From Myxococcota bacterium (GTDB taxonomy: Bacteria > Myxococcota_A > UBA796 > GCA-2862545): 17,208 nt of DNA. Location of the stretch: contig JBCCQY010000184.1 of the NCBI GenBank assembly GCA_039208735.1, positions 1 to 17,208 of the forward strand. Direction: 5' to 3'. The notes under the pieces were generated by a model. That model was not told the DNA's origin, ran no database searches, and saw nothing but the letters and a program-made list of their open reading frames with translations. A program made the position numbers and the translations under genes. Position 1 is the first letter of the stretch. Each line of letters opens with the position of its first letter. This document shows positions 1 to 6,943 of the stretch, piece by piece.

Positions 1-60
1 CAAGCGGAACGAGCGCGCGCAGGCAACCACACGATCCAACCGTGACGAGAGACCCTTCAT
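1..60 (-). CDS. Possible 5' start of a gene truncated by the left window edge (MKGLSSRLDRVVACARSFRL...)
   Basis: ATG at 60..58, open to position 1, co-oriented with the upstream minus-strand genes. An alternative ATG in another frame lies at 70. Too short to identify. Confidence 0.25.
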   Translation of the reverse strand, partial: MKGLSSRLDRVVACARSFRL

Positions 61-74
61 GCGGAGGCATCTAT

Positions 75-89
75 CTGTTCAGTGAACAG
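75..89. promoter_or_regulatory. Perfect 7-1-7 palindrome CTGTTCA-G-TGAACAG, candidate operator
   Basis: Read directly from the sequence. It lies in a relatively AT-rich intergenic gap after the stop at 138. The loop is too small and there is no U-tract, so it is not a terminator. Confidence 0.4.
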
Positions 90-137
90 TTGTCTTCTGC
101 CGTCGCGGAAATCTGGGAGGGGAAGTGTCCACGCGCC

Positions 138-713
138 TTAGCTCAAAAGCAGGACCACCAGCTGCAGGGTGTAGAAGAGCGACAGAGGCCCCAGCAAGAG
201 CGCGGCGAACGCCACGGCGGTGAACATCGAGCGTCGAGCCCGACCGGCGCTTCGGCGCTCACGGTAGCTTGGGCCGAACCAAGCGACCTGAACCCCAGCA
301 ATCATGGCGCCCATCGCGCTTGCAAGGGCCGTAATCACCACATCAGGGAATTGCGGCAAGCCCGAGCTGAACAGGCTCATCATCACACTGCTCGTGGCGA
401 ATCCAAACCCCGCCGTCGAAGCGCCCCAGAGCAACGCCATGCCCATCATGGCCAGCCATCGCCCCACCGGGGAGGACCACCCTGCGATCTGACGCTGAAT
501 GCCGCCCACCGTGAAGCCAGAGGCCCCTACGGCAATCACCGCGATCACGTGGCCCAGAAGGGCCCACATGTAGCCAGGCGCGTCCCCGCGGAACAGACCG
601 GCGAGCAATGCGCCAATCGCCGGCCAAGGCGCAATGGACGCGCTCAACACTCCGAACAACGCCCAATCGCGTTTCCATCCGCGCCTTTCGACGTGGAGCC
701 GGCCATTCTGCAT
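138..713 (-). CDS. Hypothetical integral membrane protein (~5 TM helices, 191 aa)
   Basis: About five hydrophobic Gly/Ala-rich segments (WALFGVLSASIAPWPAIGALLAGLF; MWALLGHVIAVIAVGASGF; WLAMMGMALLWGAS; VVITALASAMGAMIAGV; MFTAVAFAALLLGPLSLFYTLQLVVLLLS) with Arg-rich loops. Starts 4 bp after the upstream stop. Confidence 0.75.
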   Translation of the reverse strand: MQNGRLHVERRGWKRDWALFGVLSASIAPWPAIGALLAGLFRGDAPGYMWALLGHVIAVIAVGASGFTVGGIQRQIAGWSSPVGRWLAMMGMALLWGASTAGFGFATSSVMMSLFSSGLPQFPDVVITALASAMGAMIAGVQVAWFGPSYRERRSAGRARRSMFTAVAFAALLLGPLSLFYTLQLVVLLLS

Positions 714-717
714 GCGC

Positions 718-1428
718 CTACTTTAGGAGCTTCGCAAGTTCCTCTTTGGCCAGCGTAAACTCCGGCTCGTCTTCGACGACCTTGTTGAGGAGTTCCTTCG
801 CCTTGTCGTCATTGCCCTCATCCTTTGCGTCGAGGGCGCGGGAATAGGTCGCCGCCGTCGAGATGGGGAGCTTTTCAAGGGTGCGGCCGGTCTTGGCCGG
901 AACGACCTCCGGCGCACCGGGGCGAGGCTGCTTGCAGTTCTTGCCATCCGACAACATGGCGATGGCGAGTTTGTCGGCGATGTCGGCCTCGATGTCGAAA
1001 AACGCATCGCGATGGCCCGTGACGCCCACCCCACAAAGCTGGACCGAAGTCTCGACATCGAACATGCGCGCATCGATCCGAAATCGGCCACCAAACTCGA
1101 AGTAGCGGCCCACGACCATGCGCTGCGCGCCCACGATCTTGCCGATCTTGGCCGCGCGATCGGTATCGAGCTTGCCACTCTTGCCGAGTTCCTGTTCGGC
1201 GATCAGTTGCTGCAGCCGCTCCCGTTCGACCACCTCAAACCCCTGCTGAGCCGTCAGATCGCTGATGAGCATGGACGCAAGGCCCGTGCGCAACGCGGCG
1301 AGCTCCGCATCGGCCCCGTCGTAGTCGAAGCTGAAGACCGCGACGGTGGGGAGCGGTTCGGGCTTGCCCTTACCGGCCCACGCCGAGACGGCCGTGACGA
1401 TCCACACAAGCCACACGATTCCCGACAT
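718..1428 (-). CDS. Exported CsgG/HfaB (TolB_N/FlgO-like) domain protein with C-terminal TPR-like hairpin, 236 aa
   Basis: Start reassigned to ATG 1428, which has GGAG upstream and gives signal peptide MSGIVWLVWIVTAVSAWA. Family motifs: TVAVFSF...GLASMLISDL...FEVVERERLQQLIAEQEL...AAKIGKIVGAQRMVVG...FRIDARMFDVET. TPR-like end: YSRALDAKDEGNDDKAKELLNKVVEDEPEFTLA. Confidence 0.85.
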   Translation of the reverse strand: MSGIVWLVWIVTAVSAWAGKGKPEPLPTVAVFSFDYDGADAELAALRTGLASMLISDLTAQQGFEVVERERLQQLIAEQELGKSGKLDTDRAAKIGKIVGAQRMVVGRYFEFGGRFRIDARMFDVETSVQLCGVGVTGHRDAFFDIEADIADKLAIAMLSDGKNCKQPRPGAPEVVPAKTGRTLEKLPISTAATYSRALDAKDEGNDDKAKELLNKVVEDEPEFTLAKEELAKLLK

Positions 1429-1460
1429 GCGTACTCCGTTGGGCGAGCAGAATAGCTCGC

Positions 1461-3251
1461 TCAATGCCCTGGGCGCACCCGCAACGGCGCGAGCACAATG
1501 GTGTCACCATCCCCCAGGACGTCGCCCAACAACACATCGCGGTCCACCGGTGTTCCGTTCACGTGGGCGGCCCAGGTCGCCTCGGGCAGTCCAAGCCACT
1601 GCACGATGCCCGTGACGAACCATGCGGCCGGCAAGGCGAGTGAGGTCGGCGAGCGGAACCGCAACGGCGGCGCAGTTTCGACCTGCACCGTGACGAGACG
1701 TAGGTTGGCCGGGACGGCTTGCAGGTGCAATTCACCAGGCGGTAGGTCAGCAACCGCGGCCGTGCTGGGAAGCAGTCGTCCGCCTTGGGTCAACACATGG
1801 CCCTGCAGCAGCCGACCCGACGTGTCGACGGTCAGTGCGCCGTGTTCCATCGCCGCGCGCAAGGCCACGGTCGCGACCAAGTCGGTGTCGAATACGGCAA
1901 CGCGAACGGCTCGACCGCCATGGTTGACCACGCGCCAAGAGAGGTCCGCTGGAGCTGCGTGAGGCGCAGGGTCGGCCCGTTCCACGATTCGGGTGGTCTG
2001 CCAGGAGGGGTTCACATCTTCGGGGCTCTCGATCGCACCGACGGGGCGCGCTTCGGTGAGCGGATCCAGGGTCACGTAATCGGTGTGACCATGGATCTCA
2101 GTGGTCGATGAAACCACGGGACGCTCCATCGCCGAGGTGCCCGACGGTCCGGACTTGAGGCGATCGCGCAAGGCCTGTCGACGCGCATCTCGATCGCCCA
2201 TCGAGCGAGGGCCCGTCACCGACGTGATGTCGTCTTCAGGACTGGGCCGTGCCCCACCCATCTGGGTGGCGGAGGTGCGCGGATCGTACAGGGTGCGTTG
2301 GGGGCTCGTCTTGTCCCACTTTGAGTCCGGGTCCAGCGCATCGATGGCCGAAGAGGCGCCCGCCGAAACCTCCCCTCCGAGGATGGCCGTGACCCGGTCG
2401 GACAACGGAACCCCATCGCCATCGAAGCCCCGCACCAACGAATACAATTCGCGCACGAAGTCGATGGGATCGAACCGTCGCGCGTCCCAGTCCGGCTTGA
2501 GCCCGAGGCTCATCCACTCCGTCAGCTCGGGCGTGACGCGTTCGCGGTGCGGATACCAGCGCGACCACGCATCCCCGCGCTTGGCCTGGTGGCGAAGATC
2601 GTCGAGGACCCCTTCGTACAGCGGCTTGCCGAGGATCCCTTCGGCGCCGATGAGCCACAGCGCAAAGAGGTCGGAACGCAGGTCGATCGGATCGGCCGAA
2701 AAGCGCTCTGGAGGCGCATAGCGCAGCGAGTCTTCGCGCAGAGCAAACCCACTGCCTGGCCGATCGAAGTCGAACTCCAGACTCGGCACTCCGTGGCCCA
2801 TCAACACAGGCCGGCCCCCTCCCCCGATCGCGATCGTCCAGGGATTGACTTGACCGTGGGGCCCCAACGTCTCATCGGCTTTCACGAGGATGTCGGCACA
2901 CAGGTAGACCAGCTCGAGCGAGGCCCTCACCCCCAGCGCACCGTTCTGGGCGGACAGGCGTTCGAACAGATGCGCCAACGGCACCGCGTTTCCCGTGTCG
3001 TAGACGAGAGCGCCGCGCTCCGCTTCGGCCTGCACGAGTGGCGCCACACCAGGGACGCCCGGCGAGGTCCGCGACTGTGCGTGAAGCGGAAGATCAGCCG
3101 TAAACCAAGCATGGCTCCGCAACACCGGCGGATAGAGAAACGCGAGGTGCGTAGGCCGGTCCGCCGTGGTGAGCGTCGCTATGTCAAACACTGGGCCTCG
3201 GGTTCGTTGATCCGTCACGACCCGCCCACCCAGGCGATCCCCTACCTCCAT
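1461..3251 (-). CDS. Ser/Thr protein kinase-like (pseudokinase) domain + low-complexity linker + two putative ubiquitin-like (YukD/EsaB-like) domains, 596 aa
   Basis: Start reassigned from 4118 to ATG 3251 (GGAAGGGGG upstream). The 5' 289 codons are mostly the antisense shadow of the dehydrogenase. C-lobe motifs LRYAPPE, DLRSDLFAL, GKPLYEG and LKPDWDARR are present. The catalytic loop reads HGQVNPWT and DFG reads GHG. The C-terminus ...NGTPVDRDVLLGDVLGDGDTIVL is beta-grasp-like. Confidence 0.8.
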   Translation of the reverse strand: MEVGDRLGGRVVTDQRTRGPVFDIATLTTADRPTHLAFLYPPVLRSHAWFTADLPLHAQSRTSPGVPGVAPLVQAEAERGALVYDTGNAVPLAHLFERLSAQNGALGVRASLELVYLCADILVKADETLGPHGQVNPWTIAIGGGGRPVLMGHGVPSLEFDFDRPGSGFALREDSLRYAPPERFSADPIDLRSDLFALWLIGAEGILGKPLYEGVLDDLRHQAKRGDAWSRWYPHRERVTPELTEWMSLGLKPDWDARRFDPIDFVRELYSLVRGFDGDGVPLSDRVTAILGGEVSAGASSAIDALDPDSKWDKTSPQRTLYDPRTSATQMGGARPSPEDDITSVTGPRSMGDRDARRQALRDRLKSGPSGTSAMERPVVSSTTEIHGHTDYVTLDPLTEARPVGAIESPEDVNPSWQTTRIVERADPAPHAAPADLSWRVVNHGGRAVRVAVFDTDLVATVALRAAMEHGALTVDTSGRLLQGHVLTQGGRLLPSTAAVADLPPGELHLQAVPANLRLVTVQVETAPPLRFRSPTSLALPAAWFVTGIVQWLGLPEATWAAHVNGTPVDRDVLLGDVLGDGDTIVLAPLRVRPGH

Positions 3252-3341
3252 CGAGCCCCCTTCCGCCCGCCTCCGGGCGACTGTTCTTCTACCGCAGAGG
3301 CATAGGCTCGCAACGGCGATGAAATCGGTATGCAATGAGCC

Positions 3342-4268
3342 ATGCGCATCCACTGTCGCTTCGAAGCCGACGAACCCCACCGCAGCCGCCTCCTGCAACG
3401 TGTACCCGGGCTCACGTTCGGTGAACGCATCCCCGATCCGGTCGATGTGCTGGTGCATGGTGTCCCGACGGACGCAGAACTGGCCTGCATCACTCCGAAC
3501 GGATCCCTGGTCGTTCCCTACGCAGGCCTTGCCACCTCGACACGAGACCGGTTGCTGGAACGTCCTGACGTCGCGGTCTACAACCTTCACCACAACGCAG
3601 GGCTGGTGGCCGAACACACCGTGGGTCTCCTGCTCGCCGTGGTGCGCCAGATCGTGAGCGCCGATGCCGCGATGCGGCGGGGAGACTGGCGCATTCGCTA
3701 CGGGCCGGATCCCAGCCCCCGCCTCTTCGGCAAACGGGCCCTCATCCTGGGCTACGGCGCGATTGGTCATCGGGTAGGAACGACGCTTGAGGCGCTGGGC
3801 ATGGAGGTGGTTGGAATCCGCCGAACCCAGCCGCCGACCTTGGCCGACGTGGACGCCCTGCTGCCCGAGACCCGCGCGCTCATCGTGACCCTGCCCCACA
3901 CCCCGGCCACCGATCGCTGGATCGACGCGCGCCGGCTTGCGCGGCTGCCTCGTGACGCGGTCGTCGTGAACGTGGGACGCGGACGTGTGATCGACGAGGA
4001 TGCCCTGTTCGAAGCCCTGCAGTCCCGTCAGCTTCTCGGCGCGGGGATCGATGTGTGGTGGGACTACCCTACGAGCCCGGCGGCACGCGGCGCCATGTGG
4101 CCGCGACGCCCGTTCCACGAACTCGACAACGTGGTGCTATCGCCGCATCGCGGAGCGCACGGGGCCGAGACCGAGGCGCTCCGATTCGATCACCTCGCCG
4201 AGGTCCTGGCCACCCTTGCCGCAGGGGGAACCCCCGACACCCGTGTCGACCCTGGCGAAGGATATTGA
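3342..4268 (+). CDS. D-isomer specific 2-hydroxyacid dehydrogenase family protein
   Basis: Motifs HNAGLVAEH, Rossmann ILGYGAIG, LPHTPAT, VVVNVGRG, GAGIDVWW and NVVLSPH. Confidence 0.95.
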   Translation: MRIHCRFEADEPHRSRLLQRVPGLTFGERIPDPVDVLVHGVPTDAELACITPNGSLVVPYAGLATSTRDRLLERPDVAVYNLHHNAGLVAEHTVGLLLAVVRQIVSADAAMRRGDWRIRYGPDPSPRLFGKRALILGYGAIGHRVGTTLEALGMEVVGIRRTQPPTLADVDALLPETRALIVTLPHTPATDRWIDARRLARLPRDAVVVNVGRGRVIDEDALFEALQSRQLLGAGIDVWWDYPTSPAARGAMWPRRPFHELDNVVLSPHRGAHGAETEALRFDHLAEVLATLAAGGTPDTRVDPGEGY

Positions 4269-4296
4269 CCAGCACCCGTAGGGCCTCGGTCGTTAC

Positions 4297-5250
4297 GTGT
4301 CGCCGGGAGGGCCTTGCGTGCGGGCGCTGAAGACCGACCCCACACGAGCCGTGGAACGCCGCTGGGCCAGCCTCGCGGCGTCGCTTGCCCTCCATCTGGT
4401 TGGACTTCTGCTGAGCGCCGTGGTGTGGCCACCGTTGGAGCCTCCTCCGCCCCCTGAGGTGGTGGAGCTGGCGTTGGTGGCCCAAGGTCGCCCGGACGCC
4501 AAGTCGCCTCCCGCACCGGAACGAGCCCCCGACCGTCCCGCCACGCCCGCTCCGGCACCCGATCCTCGACCTGCGCCGCGAGCGCCCACCGGAGACCGGC
4601 CGCCCCCCGCCGAGCCGGTTCCCCAGCCTCCTCAGAGTTTCGCCGCTTGGCAGGCCCAACGTCGCTCACGCTACCTGCCCGCCCGCAGCCAGTATCCGCA
4701 GGGCGCGATCGACGGTCGGGCGCCCATTCACCGGCCTGGACGTCGTCGTTGCGATCCCCCAGAAGCGCGCAACGCCGAACGCGTCTACCTGCTGTTCGAC
4801 ACATCGGGGTCCATGGAAGGCATCGGACGCAGCCAGGCCCTGACTTGCGCTCAACAGTACGCCAAACGTGCGTTGGATGCCGGTGCCGAGATCGTTGTGG
4901 GCAACTTTGCCCGCACCGTGCGCTTTGCCGAGCCGACCCGCAACATGCTTGACGTGCAGTTGGCGCTGCGAGCCCTCAATGACCCTACGGCCACCCGGCT
5001 GCCCGGTCGGGAACTGCAGGCCTACTTTCAACAGGTGCCCGACGTTCCCGCCGACCTCGTGATCATCTCGGACGGACTTGTGATGACCGAGCGCGAAGTC
5101 TTGATCTGGTACCGCTTCTTCCTCGAAATGCATCCTGAAAACCGAGGGATCATGTACACGGTGGGCAACCGGGGGGCCCGCAACGCCGTGACCCAGCTGC
5201 GAGGGTTGGGGTTCGACGTCCACGCTTACGAACCGACCGCCGGTCAGTAG
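4297..5250 (+). CDS. Membrane-anchored Pro-rich linker + VWA (MIDAS) domain protein
   Basis: TM anchor ASLAASLALHLVGLLL (TonB-like S-x3-H), Pro-rich stalk, VYLLFDTSGSM (DxSxS), TATRL and LVIISDG. The start could be GTG 4297 or GTG 4318. Confidence 0.85.
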   Translation: MSPGGPCVRALKTDPTRAVERRWASLAASLALHLVGLLLSAVVWPPLEPPPPPEVVELALVAQGRPDAKSPPAPERAPDRPATPAPAPDPRPAPRAPTGDRPPPAEPVPQPPQSFAAWQAQRRSRYLPARSQYPQGAIDGRAPIHRPGRRRCDPPEARNAERVYLLFDTSGSMEGIGRSQALTCAQQYAKRALDAGAEIVVGNFARTVRFAEPTRNMLDVQLALRALNDPTATRLPGRELQAYFQQVPDVPADLVIISDGLVMTEREVLIWYRFFLEMHPENRGIMYTVGNRGARNAVTQLRGLGFDVHAYEPTAGQ

Positions 5251-5251
5251 G

Positions 5252-6943
5252 ATGCCCAGTGACCGCCGAACGGAGCGAGAGGATGCTCGCGCCCAGCAAC
5301 GGCGCGAAGCGGTCGAAACCCCACCGGCCAAAGCGCCCGAACCCGAACGGGATCGCCTGCAGGACGAGTTGGGAAACGAGGGCGTCACAGCCCTCTACGG
5401 CCTCAATGAAACACGGGTACCCGACCGCCTCTCGCTCGCGACCATCGAGCTACAAACGCCCGCCTCAATGCAGTTGGGAGGCAACGACGATGCCACGAGT
5501 CCGGCCTCACCGGCTCCTTTGGCCGATGATCCACTCGAGAACCCCTTCCTCACGTCACAGCAGGATTCGCCTCCGGGCTCCCTCGATCCTGTCGACCCCG
5601 ACCCGCTTCCTGATGAAGACGACGTGCTGCTTCCGCCCGGGTCGCATCCTTGTCCAAGCCCGGACCCACTCGAGCCTTCGCTCCACGCCATCCATGCGGC
5701 TACCGCCTGGGCTCAAGAAGCCCTAGGCGGCCCTCAAGACCCGCTAGGCACGGCCTGGCAACGCCTCGTGCTCACCCCTGCCCCCGTGCTCTCGGATCCC
5801 TACGGTCGCGGCATCTTCGTTCGTGCCAGGACCCTCGCCCTTGCTCGCCAGGGGCTGGACAACACGGACCCCATACGAATGGGGCGGCGACTCACCCTCG
5901 CCATCCTGCGACCAGAGGTGCGCGCCCGGTACCACGCCTATCCGATGCGCGAGGGCCACCTCCCGACCACCGCACAGGTGAGGGCCTTCAGCCCACAGGG
6001 TCCCCGCACCACGGGGGGTCGACCGGGCCCGATCGACCTCGATCTCGCGGCTCGGATCGAGCGCTGGTTCGGGCCACTGCCCGATCCGGTCCCTCGAACT
6101 TCCGTGCCATCGCCCCTCCCCGACGACGACGATGAGGATCCGCTGGGACTCGATGAGGTAATCGAGGCGACTCTCGGAGTGCCTGACGCCCTCGAGTTTC
6201 GTCTTCGCAGCATGATCGAAACCGCCGAACGCCTGGCGATGGGGGTCGCTCGGCTTCGGATGCGCCATGGCACGGGCATCGCGGTGCTGGAAGCGCGGAT
6301 GGGAGTCGCGAATGCCGATTCCGTGGTGGCCGACCTCGACACTCAGACCCAAAGCGTCCTGCGCCTCCTGGTGGACATCGCAGAGGCGGCACGGCACCGT
6401 CGAGTGCCTCCGGAGGGTCTGCACCGAGGCCTGACGCGCGCGGCGAAGGCGCTTCAGCAGGCGCATCAAACAACCCTCAACGCCATGAGCAGGCTCGTAT
6501 CGAGTGGCCTCGCGCCGTTTGAACCCTCGCCACCTCCTCCGTCGCATCCGTACCGCGAGGCCTGGTCCGACGGCGATGCCGATCGAGCCCTGGCCACTGC
6601 GCCAACCCCTGCCGTGGCCTGGCTCACCCGCATCGCCGCCGGTCACCCGCCGACCGCGTGGGGAGACCCGCCCAACCTCGACTCCGAGGCCTGCCGGCTG
6701 CTGGTGAGTGCCGGACAGTTGGCCCGGTCCCAACCCGAGGCTGCGCTCACCACCCTCGGCGACCCATTGGATCGGACGCGGGGCATCGGGATCGCGGCTG
6801 CGGCGTTGACGTCGATCGACGCCCTGGATGCGACCGGGAGACTCGACGAGGCACGGGCGCTCCAGCGGCGCGCCGTGCAGGCCTGCCTCACGCGCCAAAG
6901 TCCCGCCGCGTGCTCACTCCTTGCCCGCTGGCGTCCCCGCTAA
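5252..6943 (+). CDS. Hypothetical protein, 563 aa (LQxxxGNxxV N-terminal motif, acidic/Pro-rich linkers, helical bundle, TPR-like C-terminus)
   Basis: Long ORF starting 1 bp after the VWA gene stop (TAG-G-ATG) and filling the gap to the DUF885 gene. Protein-like composition; no catalytic motif recognised. Confidence 0.75.
   Translation: MPSDRRTEREDARAQQRREAVETPPAKAPEPERDRLQDELGNEGVTALYGLNETRVPDRLSLATIELQTPASMQLGGNDDATSPASPAPLADDPLENPFLTSQQDSPPGSLDPVDPDPLPDEDDVLLPPGSHPCPSPDPLEPSLHAIHAATAWAQEALGGPQDPLGTAWQRLVLTPAPVLSDPYGRGIFVRARTLALARQGLDNTDPIRMGRRLTLAILRPEVRARYHAYPMREGHLPTTAQVRAFSPQGPRTTGGRPGPIDLDLAARIERWFGPLPDPVPRTSVPSPLPDDDDEDPLGLDEVIEATLGVPDALEFRLRSMIETAERLAMGVARLRMRHGTGIAVLEARMGVANADSVVADLDTQTQSVLRLLVDIAEAARHRRVPPEGLHRGLTRAAKALQQAHQTTLNAMSRLVSSGLAPFEPSPPPPSHPYREAWSDGDADRALATAPTPAVAWLTRIAAGHPPTAWGDPPNLDSEACRLLVSAGQLARSQPEAALTTLGDPLDRTRGIGIAAAALTSIDALDATGRLDEARALQRRAVQACLTRQSPAACSLLARWRPR

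Noticed and set aside
42..758. 238-aa plus-strand ORF
   Set aside because: Antisense shadow of the 5-TM gene.
3252..4118. 289-codon N-terminal extension making the pseudokinase ORF 885 aa
   Set aside because: It is mostly antisense to the clearly real dehydrogenase gene and has shadow-like composition. The kinase fold begins at ATG 3251, which has a purine-rich RBS.
4430..4635. C-rich quasi-repetitive DNA
   Set aside because: Explained by the Pro-rich linker codons; no discrete tandem repeat or CRISPR periodicity.
5744..6898. 384-aa minus-strand ORF as an alternative to the 563-aa gene
   Set aside because: Gly/Arg-rich shadow translation. The plus-strand ORF is coupled to the VWA gene and more protein-like.
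138..6943. Interpretation as a complete type VII secretion, curli, ubiquitination or kinase-VWA-phosphatase (TerY-P-like) defence locus
   Set aside because: No WXG100, FtsK/EssC, curlin, E1/E2/JAB or PP2C genes are in the window. The VWA protein is membrane-anchored and the kinase is degenerate.
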